Source: a virus. Taken from it: a DNA stretch of 64,000 bases. The stretch covers positions 1-64,000 of IMG/VR virus record IMGVR_UViG_3300048592_000962; one strand, given 5' to 3'. Positions 37,619 to 48,353 of the stretch are shown here, in pieces (within the stretch, counting starts at the first letter, position 1; every line of letters starts with the position of its first letter). The notes under the pieces were generated by a model. It searched no databases, was not told the origin of the DNA, and saw nothing but the letters and a program-made list of their open reading frames with translations. The translations under genes and the position numbers were made by a program.

Positions 37619-38791
37619 TCAGGCCGCGCGGCGGACGGTGCGATCGAGGTAGCGGCCGGCGGCCTCTTCCATCTCGACGCGGCGGTCCGTCCCGCGCGTC
37701 TGGGCCACGTGCGTGATCGCGTTGGCCACGTCGTAGGCCGTCAGGTCCCGGACCTCGGCGAAGGCGTCGCCCCAGTCCTTCGTGGAGGCCGGGAGCGCCA
37801 TCGAGCGCTCGGCCATCGCGTCGCGTGCGACGTCCTGCGACTCCGTCGGGGTGAAGCCGAAGGCGCTGAGGTCGAACTCGGCGAGCGCGTCGTCGATCAG
37901 AACCTCCGTCGCCTTCTGCATGAGGTCGCGGAGCCGCTGGCCGCCCGCGATCGCCACAGGCAGAGCGTCGGCGAACGCCTGGTGCAGCCGCTCGGGGTCG
38001 CCGACGTGGTAGAAGCGCGAAACGTCTTGCGTCGACGCGGAGCGCATGCCGTTGAGGCACACGAGACGCCAGGTCAGTGGGTTGACCGAGAGCGAGCGAT
38101 TGCCCACCTCTCCGTTGAGGATGTCGAGCCCGACCTCGACGACGTCTCCGACCTTGCGCGAGTGCTGGATCACCGCGTCGTGCTCGGGGAACGTGAGGCG
38201 AAGGCTCGCCGTGCTGCCCACCGCGAGCGAGCGCACGCGCACCGATCCGAGCTGTCCCGACTCGCGCAGCACGTGACGCACGGTGTCGAGCACGCGTTCG
38301 CCGTCGAGCGGCGCGTAGCGATCGGAGAGGAGCGCACGGGCCTCGCCGCCGACTCCACGCAAGAGCGCGCTCCGATCTTTCCCCTGGAGCTTCCTGAGGT
38401 GGCGATTCACGAGCGAGAGCTGGTACCGAGCCTCCAAGCCCATCAAGTAACTCGGCGGCGCTCCGATCAGTCCGCAGAGTTGCGCGAATGCGCGGCGCCG
38501 AAGCGGCACGATGTATTGCGGTCGACCAGGCGCGGGGATCGGCGCGAGCGCCGCTGCCTGGCCCACCGGGCCGAGCGACCACGAGCTGAGGTCTCCGACC
38601 TGGAGATCCTCAACCTGGCCGTCCTTCGCCCGCTCCGCGTGCCAATCCTCGCACGCGTGGTCGAAGGGAACCCCCGCGTTCCCGTAGTTGATCCAGCGCT
38701 CGGGCTGGTCGGACGCGAGCGTCAGCGGCAGGTCGAGATCCGTCTTGGGGGCGGACGGGGCATCGATCACGGACATGGCGGCGGTGGTCAT
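37619..38791 (-). CDS. DUF932-like protein
   Basis: AFAQLC, RALLSDRY..LD, ILNGEVG, RLVCLNGM, YDVANAIT..AQ. Confidence 0.75.
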   Translation of the reverse strand: MTTAAMSVIDAPSAPKTDLDLPLTLASDQPERWINYGNAGVPFDHACEDWHAERAKDGQVEDLQVGDLSSWSLGPVGQAAALAPIPAPGRPQYIVPLRRRAFAQLCGLIGAPPSYLMGLEARYQLSLVNRHLRKLQGKDRSALLRGVGGEARALLSDRYAPLDGERVLDTVRHVLRESGQLGSVRVRSLAVGSTASLRLTFPEHDAVIQHSRKVGDVVEVGLDILNGEVGNRSLSVNPLTWRLVCLNGMRSASTQDVSRFYHVGDPERLHQAFADALPVAIAGGQRLRDLMQKATEVLIDDALAEFDLSAFGFTPTESQDVARDAMAERSMALPASTKDWGDAFAEVRDLTAYDVANAITHVAQTRGTDRRVEMEEAAGRYLDRTVRRAA

Positions 38792-38844
38792 GGGCTACTG
38801 TCTCCGATGGATGTGACGGGTTGTGTTCCCGCTCAGGTGTTTAG

Positions 38845-38873
38845 ACGTTAGTACGTTCGACGGACCCCGTCAA
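38845..38873 (-). promoter_or_regulatory. sigma70-type early promoter
   Basis: TTGACG-N17-TAACGT with an upstream T-tract. Confidence 0.65.
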
Positions 38874-39505
38874 GCGACGGTGATCAAAAAAATCAGTGAG
38901 AGCGACGCAGGGGCATCGCCGAGCAGATCGAGACGATGGCACCGGAGCGCGTGTCGGCGCCCGTCCAGAGCACGACGTCGACGGTGGCGCGCTGCTCTTC
39001 GCCGTTCGCCTTGACGACGATCACCTCGTCGCCGCTCATCGCGCGCCCGTGGACGTGGAGGCCCCACGCTCCGCTCCGAAGCTTCTTCCAGCGGGCGCGC
39101 AGCTCGGGGGCCGCGGGCGCCTCGGGCGCCATCGTGAGGGCGGGCACGTCGGCCAGCACGTCGTCGGGGAGGGTGTCGAAGGTTCCGGTCCGGAAGGTCA
39201 TGGGGCTGTCCTTTCTAGGCTGTCCACCGGTCAACGACCGGGTACTCACTGAGATTGATTGCGGGTTGTTCCCGCGCGAGGTAGCCGAGGGCAGCACAGG
39301 CGGTGTCGTGACTGATATCGCGGTCGAGAAGTCGTTCGGTGATTGAACCGTCGACTTCCACCGTGAAAGCCACGAGCACCCCCTGACAGCCGCACGCGCA
39401 CAGGGGGAGAGCGACTAGGTGTGTGATGGGGTGTTCCACGCGAAGGGATCTCCACCGGAGCGAAGAGCCCTTCGCGAAGGGCGAGCCGCGAGGGCTCGCC
39501 TCCGC

Positions 39506-39766
39506 TCACTGCACGCGAATCAGTGTGTAGTCGCCGCATTCGCCGCTGAGCCGGAACCGGACGGGGCAGCGCTCGTGAACGTCGAGGTCTTCCGCGCGGC
39601 GGTCTCCGGTGTAGTCCGCATAGGCGGACAGGTACGCGTTCCCCAGAGTGAGCCGTCCGAGCGTGCCCGAGGTCAGATAACCGCCGTCCGCACTACGCGG
39701 CACGTCGCCGTCCTTGGGGTCCCACAGAATGAACAGGGGTTCGGTGCTTTTCGTGGTGTCCGTCAT
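39506..39766 (-). CDS. Hypothetical protein
   Basis: GGAGG RBS; flanked by structured repeats. Confidence 0.55.
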   Translation of the reverse strand: MTDTTKSTEPLFILWDPKDGDVPRSADGGYLTSGTLGRLTLGNAYLSAYADYTGDRRAEDLDVHERCPVRFRLSGECGDYTLIRVQ

Positions 39767-39778
39767 GTCATGCCTCCG

Positions 39779-39845
39779 TCGCGAGGCTCGACGTCGAGGT
39801 CGAGCGCCGCGAGCGAGGGGCGAGCCCCGCAGGGCTCGCCTTCGC
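39779..39845 (-). repeat. Structured intergenic repeat, copy 2
   Basis: Matches 37551-37594; hairpin GGCGAGCCC-cgca-GGGCTCGCC. Confidence 0.8.
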
Positions 39846-39846
39846 T

Positions 39847-40698
39847 TCAGCCTTCGCCGATGAACTCGGCGCAGCCGATCACGCGACCCGCCTCGTCGCG
39901 CAGTAGGGCGCCGGGCGAGACGACGTCAGGGCGGCCGGTGAGGGCGGCGCGCACGAGCCCCGAGACTACGAAGGTCACGCCCTCCTGCGCGTCGGGGAGG
40001 CCTTCGACCGCCCCGTGCGTGGTCGTCTTCACGGGCGCCCCGAGTACGGTCCTCTGGAGGTCGCGATGCGTGGTGGAGACCCGCGCGACGTGACCCGATG
40101 CGGGGAGCGTCCGCGTCACGCCATCGCGCGCCACGGTGATCTCGTGCGGGGTCAGGTTGATCACCGTCTGCTCGCCGGGCTCGGGAACGAGCGCGTGTTT
40201 GCACCAGAACTCCACCGACTCGGCGAAGCTCGCGGCGTCGTGCGACGGGTCTCCCGGCTCGCGCGGAGCCGCGTCGCCCCAGTATGCGGTAAACACCGTG
40301 GGGTGTCCCTCGTGAGGGCCGCACACGAGCGTGACGCGCCGCGTGAGCGCAGCCTCGCGACCGAGCACGAGGCGCGAGGCGACCGTGCGCGTGCCGCGTA
40401 CGCCGAGGTAGACCGGAGCCCCTTCGTGCTTGACGAGGTTGGTGCGTCCCATGGCGATGCGCCCCATGCTGGACCGGGCGCCGAACTGCACGACGTGAAC
40501 CCGAGAGGGATCGGCGTCCGGCGGAAGGGCCGAAAGGGCGAGCCGAACAAGCTCCGCGTCCTCGAAGAGCAGGCGGAGGCTGGGGTGGACGTGAGACTCC
40601 GGAGTGACCCGGAGCGCGAAGGGTGCGGTTGCAGCCATGTCCGTGAGACGCTTGCTGTTGTCGGCTTCTGACGGCGGGTCGTTGTTTTTCTGATTCAT
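39847..40698 (-). CDS. Two-domain hypothetical protein with a C-terminal NLTPH-family domain
   Basis: INLTPHEI...VEGLP...VVS...RPDVVSPG..RDEAGRVIGC. Confidence 0.6.
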   Translation of the reverse strand: MNQKNNDPPSEADNSKRLTDMAATAPFALRVTPESHVHPSLRLLFEDAELVRLALSALPPDADPSRVHVVQFGARSSMGRIAMGRTNLVKHEGAPVYLGVRGTRTVASRLVLGREAALTRRVTLVCGPHEGHPTVFTAYWGDAAPREPGDPSHDAASFAESVEFWCKHALVPEPGEQTVINLTPHEITVARDGVTRTLPASGHVARVSTTHRDLQRTVLGAPVKTTTHGAVEGLPDAQEGVTFVVSGLVRAALTGRPDVVSPGALLRDEAGRVIGCAEFIGEG

Positions 40699-41414
40699 CG
40701 GTACACCGCAAGCAGCAGATACACGTATCCGCCGGCCTTGCGCGCGACGAGGTGCGCGCGATCGAGCGGGTACTGATAAACGACCTTCGCCTCGCCCTCG
40801 GGGAGGTCGTAGTACGCGGCCTCGACCCTACGCACCTGGTCGCGTACCTGGAACTCGCGCAGTAGCGCGAGGTCACCCGTCGCATGCATGCGGTCGTGCG
40901 GCAGGTCGAGCGATCCGTCTCGGTCGATGGCGCGGCCTCCCCACAGGGCTACGGCCCCCGCTTCGATGGCGGCGTCGGCGGCACCTTGCGGCGCGTACAT
41001 GGGGCGCGAGATCACCAGAACCCCCGATCGCAGTCGCGGGACACTTCCGCTCGTTCGGTGTCGGTGAGCCGACGAATGCACGTCAGGGGAAGCTGTACCT
41101 TCGCGCGGTAGGAGCCTGCTCGCTGGACGATGACGAACTCTCCGGACGAATCGCTGCCGTAGCCGACGACCTTCGCGGGCGCGTTGATCGTCAAGTCGAA
41201 AGTGAACTTTCCCGGAATCGGGCGGTACAACGGTTCGGTCATTGCTCGGGGCCTTTCCGTGCCTTTAGGCACTGGCGTCCGTCGGGGCGGTCGTGGTCTG
41301 TGCGTGGATCGCCGAGGTGGAGACTGAGCGGATTGAACCACCCTTCCGAGCCGCAGTGTGAACAGCGCCACCGCAGTTGACGCTGTTGGTGCGGTTCCAG
41401 TCGCTTCGTTTTGG

Positions 41415-42011
41415 TCATGAATCACCTCTTAGTGCGTTGATTTCGGTCAGGTGCGCGATCGCGTCGCGTAACGTTCGGAAGGTGAACCCGGTTGGTTCAT
41501 AGGTCGAATCTGACAGGACGCCGGTGCCCGGAAGCCGGACGGGTTTCATGCGTCGCATGAGGTCGTATCGGCCTCGTTCGTGCCAGATCGCGAGGTCTGG
41601 CCAGCCGAGTCGCGGCAGCACCCAGAATCGACACGTCGGGCGCCCGTCGCGGTCCGTGTGAAGCACGTGCCACGTGGGGCGGAGAGACGGCTTCGCCAGG
41701 TGTGCGAGGCGCGCACGCACGGTGCCGGGGAGCCCATCGCGTTCTGCGGCCCATCGACACGCCGAATAGAGGGCTCCAAGCTCGCCGTCTTCAACGAGGC
41801 AGACTTCGCCGAGGAAGAGCCATCCGGCGCGCAGGTCGCGCCTCGCGGCGGCGGCCGACTTGGGGCGCGATATCGGAACACCGCGCAGGCCGGTCCCGAG
41901 CGCTCCCGTGATGGGTCCGTCGCTCCACAGCTCCACGATCGTCCCGCTCGCGGAGCGACGCGACGCGACGCGGTGCGGGTGGGGCTCGCCGCACGTGCAC
42001 GAGTCAATCAT
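41415..42011 (-). CDS. Hypothetical protein
   Basis: 198 aa, ATGA overlaps. Confidence 0.45.
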   Translation of the reverse strand: MIDSCTCGEPHPHRVASRRSASGTIVELWSDGPITGALGTGLRGVPISRPKSAAAARRDLRAGWLFLGEVCLVEDGELGALYSACRWAAERDGLPGTVRARLAHLAKPSLRPTWHVLHTDRDGRPTCRFWVLPRLGWPDLAIWHERGRYDLMRRMKPVRLPGTGVLSDSTYEPTGFTFRTLRDAIAHLTEINALRGDS

Positions 42012-42193
42012 TGGATCGGCTCGCGGACCTTGACGATCTTGAACTCGATGCCCGGCTCGTTCTCGCGGTACTCGCGCAGCCGAGCCCGCGCCTCCGCGCG
42101 CTCGGTTTCGGCCGTGACCGTCTCGAAGCCGTGCCCGTGCCCGTAGTCTCCGCGAACTTCGTAGACGTCGCGGGTCTTTCGCTGATACGCCAT
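42008..42193 (-). CDS. Small phage protein
   Basis: AGGAGG RBS; KTRDVYEVRGDYG..G.E....EARARLREYRENE. Confidence 0.65.
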   Translation of the reverse strand: MAYQRKTRDVYEVRGDYGHGHGFETVTAETERAEARARLREYRENEPGIEFKIVKVREPIQ

Positions 42194-42420
42194 GGTGAAC
42201 CTCCTACAATCAAGAGCGCGATTGTTTTTTGCTCGGGTCGATGGTGAGCGACGACTTGCGTACGAAAAACGTCTCGACGGTCGCGCGATCCGGGTACCAT
42301 TGCGAATAGACGATCACGCGGCACATACAGCCCTGCACACGGATCACTTGCACAGACATGGATCCACCGCGGCCGTGACGGGCTGTGCGGTAGAGACAGC
42401 GTACACCGGGCTTGATTTCG

Positions 42421-43615
42421 CTAGTCATTCGACTCTCCCCGGCCCTCGCGGGCCTCGCCAAGCTCCGACTCTCGTCGGGGACTCGCGAGGAGCGCGAGAG
42501 GGCTCGTAAGGGCGACAGGTCGTTACACGACCCTACCGCGAAAGCGGAATCGGACGCCCTCGTGAGCTAGACACTGCGGGTGACGCGCGTCGCACACCGG
42601 AGGGATCGATCAGAATCCGGATCGCGCCTAGCCGCTGGTCTAGCTGTCCCGGCTCCCGTACCTCCGAAGAGGCAGGCTCGCGCGTGCGAGGTGGCCACAA
42701 GCCGGGTGGAGCGCCGAAACGCCCCTCTAGACTGCTCGGCCGAGGCCCCGAAGGGCTCGGCTATCGTCCGGGGACCGGTCCGGTGCCCCTATGATGCCCG
42801 GTTGCCGCCGTGTGAGGCGAAACAACCGGTCACCCCCCTTACGTAACGGGTCCGCGCGCGGGCGTCAAGTACATTCGACGCACCCTGTCACTTTTCTGTT
42901 TTCGGCACGCGCCCGACTAGACCTGTTCGGCGCCTTCCTACTGCGCGCACGTGCACGCGTAGCACCTAACGTGCCGGGCTACAGCCCGCTAGATCGCGCC
43001 ATGGTGGCACACGGGCCTAGAACGCAGCACGCGGCCCGCTGAGGCGAGCCCGGCAGAACCCTAGGCGCGGCACCCCCAAGAACTCCCGGCCGCTGTAGCG
43101 GCTTCTGGCGCGCAGAAAGTCGCATTATGTGACCATACAATAGCACAAAAACGCCTATGCAAACCCTAATGTTTTCAGCACGCGTTTTCGTGTCGCCTAG
43201 TGTGTGTTCGTGTGCGTATTCCGGCGACCTTGCGCGCGGTCGGCGTGTCGAGCGGCGGTCACGTGAGCCGATGCGAGCGCGCCTGCGCGCCTGTGCGCGT
43301 GTTGAAGCGGAGCGCCAGAGCGGCGCGAGGCCTTGTGAGGGTCTCGCTCGGCGTTCGGGCGCGTCCGTGCGCCTTCCGCGCCCGCTCGCGCGTGCTCCCT
43401 GCGCTGTCTGCTGCGTCGAGACAGGCATGGGAGGCTCGAAAGCGTCGCCGTCGAGCCTTCAGCGGGGGCATGCGCGCCGCTCGCCACAGGGTGGGGTCCC
43501 ATGATGCAGGCTCCACCACCGGGGGACGGGGCTCAAAAACACCGAAGCCGAACCACTGGCGTTCGTCTGGCGTGCCTCACAAAAAATGGTCGCCGACCTA
43601 GCTCCATAATAACAA
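42421..43615. other. Non-coding strand-switch region (candidate origin, divergent promoters or terminus)
   Basis: Gene orientation flips; 11 CTAG sites; AT-richer patch at 43125-43205. Confidence 0.5.
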
Positions 43616-43657
43616 GCCGCTTGCTGGCAGGGGGCGCGGCCGCCTACGGTCCATGCG

Positions 43658-44146
43658 ATGGGCGACGAAACGGAACTCCCGCTTGGCGGGGAGGAAGAGG
43701 TTTCGGTGCGCGAACCGGGCCAGCAGGTGCCCGTGGCCACCGATCGGTCCGACTACTACGAGCCCGGCCGCCTCGCGGTTGCGGTTGGCGCCGACGGGCT
43801 TCCCGTCGTGGCAGGCGAGCCACCCTCGGGCCCAGAGCCAGGTCTCACGGACGACAACCTCGTGTGTTTGGAAGCTCCGGGGCGCCCTGCCTGCGAGCAT
43901 CTCGTGTCGCTACTCCGCCCAGCAGATGGCGTTTCGAGAGGGCACGGGCAGCTCCGGCAGATGCGGCGCTTCTGCACTCGCCTCGCGACGGCCTCGGAGC
44001 TTTTCGAGGTGGACGGCGACATCTTCGCGTGCAGCGCCCGAACTCCGGTCGATGTTCAGTCGAACAAGCTGATTCGCGAGTTCGAGAAGCGCCAAAAAGA
44101 GGTGGCCGCAGAGGCTGCACAAGAACAGGGCGAAGTGGACTTCTGA
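43658..44146 (+). CDS. Hypothetical protein
   Basis: First plus-arm ORF; scattered Cys residues. Confidence 0.55.
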   Translation: MGDETELPLGGEEEVSVREPGQQVPVATDRSDYYEPGRLAVAVGADGLPVVAGEPPSGPEPGLTDDNLVCLEAPGRPACEHLVSLLRPADGVSRGHGQLRQMRRFCTRLATASELFEVDGDIFACSARTPVDVQSNKLIREFEKRQKEVAAEAAQEQGEVDF

Positions 44147-44160
44147 TGGGAGACGAACGA

Positions 44161-44754
44161 ATGTCGAAGAAGCAGGAACAGCAGGACGTGCCGCAGCTTC
44201 CGCCGCAGTTGCGAGGCAAGCTCGACGAGATGGAGAAGTCTCGCAAGAAGGTCCTCAAGGACCCGAACTTCGCTCGCGCAGATCAGCTGAAGGTGTTCGT
44301 GGGCACCGTGCTCATGCCGCAGGTCTCCGACTTCCTGGAGACGCTGAGCCTGGCGTTCATGGACGCCTACGGCCTCTCGGTCTCGAACGCGAATCAGATG
44401 CGTCGTCTCCACGGCTGGGTGGTCGAGGAAATGAATCGCCTCGGGGCCGATGTCGGAGATCCGGAGCTTCCCGGCGTCAGCAGCGAGGTGATCGACGAGC
44501 TTCAGCAGGCGTTCTTCGCGTTGGGGCAGCTTCTGGAGAAGAAGCTTCCGAACGACGAGGAGACGGAGACCGCGTACAACCGTTGCGCGAAGATGATGAG
44601 CGAACTCGTCGCCGAGCTGATGGGCGACGACTACGGAGACGAGGAAGACGACGAGGATGAGGGCGATGACGAGCCGGATGATGACGGCGAGTCGGGCGAG
44701 GCGACCGAGGGCGAAGCCGGCGACGAAGAGTCCGAGCCGACGGAGAGTGAGTGA
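44161..44754 (+). CDS. Helical protein with acidic tail
   Basis: MSKKQEQ...; D/E-rich C-terminus. Confidence 0.65.
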   Translation: MSKKQEQQDVPQLPPQLRGKLDEMEKSRKKVLKDPNFARADQLKVFVGTVLMPQVSDFLETLSLAFMDAYGLSVSNANQMRRLHGWVVEEMNRLGADVGDPELPGVSSEVIDELQQAFFALGQLLEKKLPNDEETETAYNRCAKMMSELVAELMGDDYGDEEDDEDEGDDEPDDDGESGEATEGEAGDEESEPTESE

Positions 44755-47078
44755 TGGACGACGCGCTCAACGAGGTGGAGCGCCTTGTAAGCGAGAGCGC
44801 GGAGCGACAGCGACCCTCCAAGAACCGGCGGACCGTGAAACCGAAGGAAGAGGCACCGGTGGAAGACGACATCGATCTCGACGAAGAAACCGAAGACGCC
44901 GCTCCGCCCAAGCCTCGCGTGCGCCGTGTTTCTCGAAAGGCTGAAACCGTGAACCTCGACGAGGTGACCCAGGAACAGGTGGACAACCTGTTGCCTCCCG
45001 AAGCGCCGGAGCCGGAAGAGAAGAGCCGCTCCCTCGACGACATGTACGCGAAGTTCGGCATCGGTTCCAGGCCGGAGTTCAAGATCCAGGTGCACCGCAC
45101 GTGGCCCAAGATGGCGCCCGGCGGGGACAAGTTCGACGGGTACTACGACACCTGGGACATGCCGCTCTCGATGGATGAGATCCAGCGGGAGTACGGTGGC
45201 GGCCACTATCTGATCGTGGTCGTGGGTCCGAATCCCAAGTCTCCGAATTTGTCGAGGCGGTACGCCTCGTTCAATTTGGATTTGCCGGGTCGACCGAAGT
45301 ACGAGCGCAGACCCAACGCGGCGAAGCCGAATCCTGCGGAGGTCGAAGCGTCTACGTCCCCGGTGGCGATCCCACCGCCAGTGCATGTCCAAGAGAACGC
45401 GAAGCTGTCGGAGCAAGCGATGAAGCTCGCGTTCGACGTGTCGGAGCGCGAGCGTGACGAGCGCAGGCGAGCCGAGGAGAAGGCAGAGGCCCGTGCGGCT
45501 CAGGCGGAGGGTGCGATGCGACCGTTGCTGGAGGCAGAGCGCCGCGCGGCGAAGGTCGAGGTCGATGCTGTGCGAGAGCGAGCAGAGCTGGAGCGTCGAC
45601 TGATGCAGCAGCAGCTTGATGAGCAACGCCAAAAGCAGGAAGAGTTGAGGCGAGAGATGGAGGAACGAATGCGTAGTCAACCATCGGTCGCCTCTGAGTT
45701 GAAGGCCCTTGCTGAAACGGGTCTGTTCGGCTCGAAAGACGAGGGCGCCACTCAGAAGATGGTCGAGCAGATTCTCGAACGTCACCAGCGCGAGTTGGCG
45801 ATGATTCACGAGACTCACTCCAAGTTCATCGAGGCGTTGCGTTCGGCGCATCAGACCGAGTTGCAGGCCATTCGCGATTCGCAGCGGCGTGAGTTGGAAG
45901 CTGAGCGCGAAGCGGGTAGGAGCCGTGAGCAGCGTATCGAAGACAGGCTTGCGTCGGAGCGTGAGGAGCGTCGTCGGGACCAGGAGCACGAGAAGAAGCG
46001 CCTCGAAGAGCGCGATCTCATGTGGAAGGACCGGATGGAGCAGGCCATTCAGATGAAGGAGCAGAGCTGGGAGTCTCGTCACTCTTCGATGCTGTCCGCG
46101 CACGAGATGCGGATGATGTCGTTGCAGTCGGAGATCGACCGGCTCAAGGCCGAACTCGATGCGACCAAGCACAAGGTGACCGACAGCTCCGATCCCGTCG
46201 CTCAGATGATGAAGTGGCGCGAGATGCAGACCGTCATGAAGGACGTTCTGGACATCAAGGAGTCGGCCCCTGCGACCTCCGGCGGCATCGGCATCGGCGG
46301 TGGCGGAGAGGATTGGAAGCAAGCGCTCGCCGAGGGCGTCATGGAGCGCTTGCCCAGCATCCTCCAATTCCTGGGTGGGCAGGGTGGCCAGGCCCCGGCT
46401 CAGCCGGTGCCGCAGCAGCAGCCACAGGAAGGCGACCTGATCAACACGCCGCAGGGTCCGATGGTCGTGGTTCGAGACCCCGCCACGGGCCAACTCGCGC
46501 TCGCTCCGCAGGCGGCCGTCGAAGCGCATCGCCGTGCTCAGGCGCAGCAACAGCAGCGTGGGATCTTGCCGTCGGGCGGCGGTGGCGCGAATGCGTCCCG
46601 CAAGCGGCGTCCAGCATCTCGCGTCGCTCGGCCGGCCGAGAAGAAGCGGTCGGTGTCGGTCGTGCCGAATCTGGCCGAGGGCTTGCCGAGGCGAGCGGCG
46701 CCGTGGGAGGGCGGCGGGGAGATCGACGCTCCGCCTCCGGCACCGCCGCCCGAGCCGAGGATGCGGAGTCGGCCCGCGATCGAGCCGAGTGGCGAGCCGA
46801 TGGAGCTGTCGGCGGGCGAGCGTCAGGTCCTTCGCATGTTGGCAAAGGAAGTGAACGATCACGTGCTGGGCGGAGACGATCCGGAGGACATGATTCAGAA
46901 GCTGACGGCGAACTACCCGGTGGCGGTGTTGAAGCAGGCGGTGGGGCAGTACACGGTGAGTCAGATCGCACGGGGCATCGTGCAGGTGGAACCGAACGGT
47001 GCCGGCGCGACGCCGGCCGGACAGAAGTTCGTGTTCCAAGCCTTCACCGAATTGCAGAGGCTGCTCGCGGAAGAGTAG
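44751..47078 (+). CDS. Large coiled-coil protein (possible assembly factor)
   Basis: 775 aa, long E/R/Q heptads, Pro-rich linkers. Confidence 0.7.
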   Translation: MMDDALNEVERLVSESAERQRPSKNRRTVKPKEEAPVEDDIDLDEETEDAAPPKPRVRRVSRKAETVNLDEVTQEQVDNLLPPEAPEPEEKSRSLDDMYAKFGIGSRPEFKIQVHRTWPKMAPGGDKFDGYYDTWDMPLSMDEIQREYGGGHYLIVVVGPNPKSPNLSRRYASFNLDLPGRPKYERRPNAAKPNPAEVEASTSPVAIPPPVHVQENAKLSEQAMKLAFDVSERERDERRRAEEKAEARAAQAEGAMRPLLEAERRAAKVEVDAVRERAELERRLMQQQLDEQRQKQEELRREMEERMRSQPSVASELKALAETGLFGSKDEGATQKMVEQILERHQRELAMIHETHSKFIEALRSAHQTELQAIRDSQRRELEAEREAGRSREQRIEDRLASEREERRRDQEHEKKRLEERDLMWKDRMEQAIQMKEQSWESRHSSMLSAHEMRMMSLQSEIDRLKAELDATKHKVTDSSDPVAQMMKWREMQTVMKDVLDIKESAPATSGGIGIGGGGEDWKQALAEGVMERLPSILQFLGGQGGQAPAQPVPQQQPQEGDLINTPQGPMVVVRDPATGQLALAPQAAVEAHRRAQAQQQQRGILPSGGGGANASRKRRPASRVARPAEKKRSVSVVPNLAEGLPRRAAPWEGGGEIDAPPPAPPPEPRMRSRPAIEPSGEPMELSAGERQVLRMLAKEVNDHVLGGDDPEDMIQKLTANYPVAVLKQAVGQYTVSQIARGIVQVEPNGAGATPAGQKFVFQAFTELQRLLAEE

Positions 47079-47082
47079 GCTC

Positions 47083-47394
47083 ATGTCCGTGAAGGGCCTG
47101 GGCAACTATTCGTTTCAGCAGACAGAGCGGCGGCCGGGCACCGTGGTTTCGTACCGCGGTGACCGAGCCGTCGTGCGCTTTCGTGACGGGTCGACCTTCG
47201 GGATGCCCGCACAGGACTTGAAGGCAGCAGAGATAGCCGAGGGCGGCCACTTCGTGATGGTGGTTGTCCGTTCGGGCGCGTCAATCGTCGAGGTCAAGGT
47301 GGAGCCGCCGCCGCCGTCGAGAGAGACGTCGCCGACGTCTGCGCCGGGGAAGGTCTACATGCGCGCAGGCCGTCGCATTCACACCCGAAAGTAG
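47083..47394 (+). CDS. Hypothetical protein
   Basis: MSVKGLG... Confidence 0.5.
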   Translation: MSVKGLGNYSFQQTERRPGTVVSYRGDRAVVRFRDGSTFGMPAQDLKAAEIAEGGHFVMVVVRSGASIVEVKVEPPPPSRETSPTSAPGKVYMRAGRRIHTRK

Positions 47395-47466
47395 CTCCTG
47401 GAGCGGCTTGCGGCGCTCCGGCAAGACGTGCGAGACTCGACGGGCTGATGGTGCTGGGGCCTCGGT

Positions 47467-48066
47467 ATGCCGATGCTCCGTCGATCTCACTACCAACGTC
47501 GCTACAACGCTGCGGTCGGAACGGTCGAGCCCTACCGAGGGACAGACCAGACGGTCGCGGTGATGTCGAGGCTCGTCCGCGACATACGTCCGCGTCAGAT
47601 GATTTCGACGGCGTTGGAGAGCGAACGCAGTCTGAAGGTGAGACGTCACACGGAGCAGATCGTCGGCAACATCCGGCCGAAGGACTACAGCTCCGAGATC
47701 ATCGCCATCTGCAAGTGGTGGGGCAACGCCGGCAGGTACACGAGAGATCCGCTTCACGTCGAGATGCTCCGAACACCAGAGCGTTTGATCGATGATGCGA
47801 TGGCCGGGAAGCTCGCGGCGGATTGCGATGAGTTCGCGACGGCAATCGCGGCCTGTTGCCTCGCGGTTGGGTCCAGGGCTCAGTTCGTCACCGTCGGATT
47901 TCAGCCGAGGCTTCCGGGTCAACCGAAGATTCACACGCACGTGTTCTGCCGGGCTCAGGACCCTCGAACCAAGGTTTGGTGGGTGCTGGATCCTGTCGCA
48001 GGACGCCGGACCGCTCAGATGCTGAAGCGGGTCAAGCAGTACACGATCTTCGAGGTGGATTCATGA
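47467..48066 (+). CDS. Transglutaminase-like cysteine protease (candidate maturation protease)
   Basis: Y.RDP..VE, ADCDE (Cys), HTHVF (His), WWVLDP (Asp). Confidence 0.8.
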   Translation: MPMLRRSHYQRRYNAAVGTVEPYRGTDQTVAVMSRLVRDIRPRQMISTALESERSLKVRRHTEQIVGNIRPKDYSSEIIAICKWWGNAGRYTRDPLHVEMLRTPERLIDDAMAGKLAADCDEFATAIAACCLAVGSRAQFVTVGFQPRLPGQPKIHTHVFCRAQDPRTKVWWVLDPVAGRRTAQMLKRVKQYTIFEVDS

Positions 48067-48353
48067 GTTACTACCTCCGCAAGGGACCGATAGGGTCTAC
48101 CGAGCCGATGGAGCTGTCGCCTGCGGCAAGGACCGTCTCGGTGGGGTATCGCGTGGGTGCCGCGGTGGCGACGCCCCTGCTCGTGTATCACGGCTACCGA
48201 CGCAACGAGTCGATCGGCTGGGCTGTGGTCTGGGGGCTCATCGGTGGCGGATTCTGGGTGTTCGGGGTGCCACTGGCGCTCGCTCAGGGGTTCGCGAAGC
48301 GAAAGGTGCGATCGAACGCGAGGCGTCGTCGCACGAGCAGGAGAACGCGATGA
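48063..48353 (+). CDS. Small membrane protein with SN-poly-Arg tail
   Basis: YHGYRRNESIGWA..; ends KVRSNARRRRTSRRTR. Confidence 0.7.
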   Translation: MSYYLRKGPIGSTEPMELSPAARTVSVGYRVGAAVATPLLVYHGYRRNESIGWAVVWGLIGGGFWVFGVPLALAQGFAKRKVRSNARRRRTSRRTR

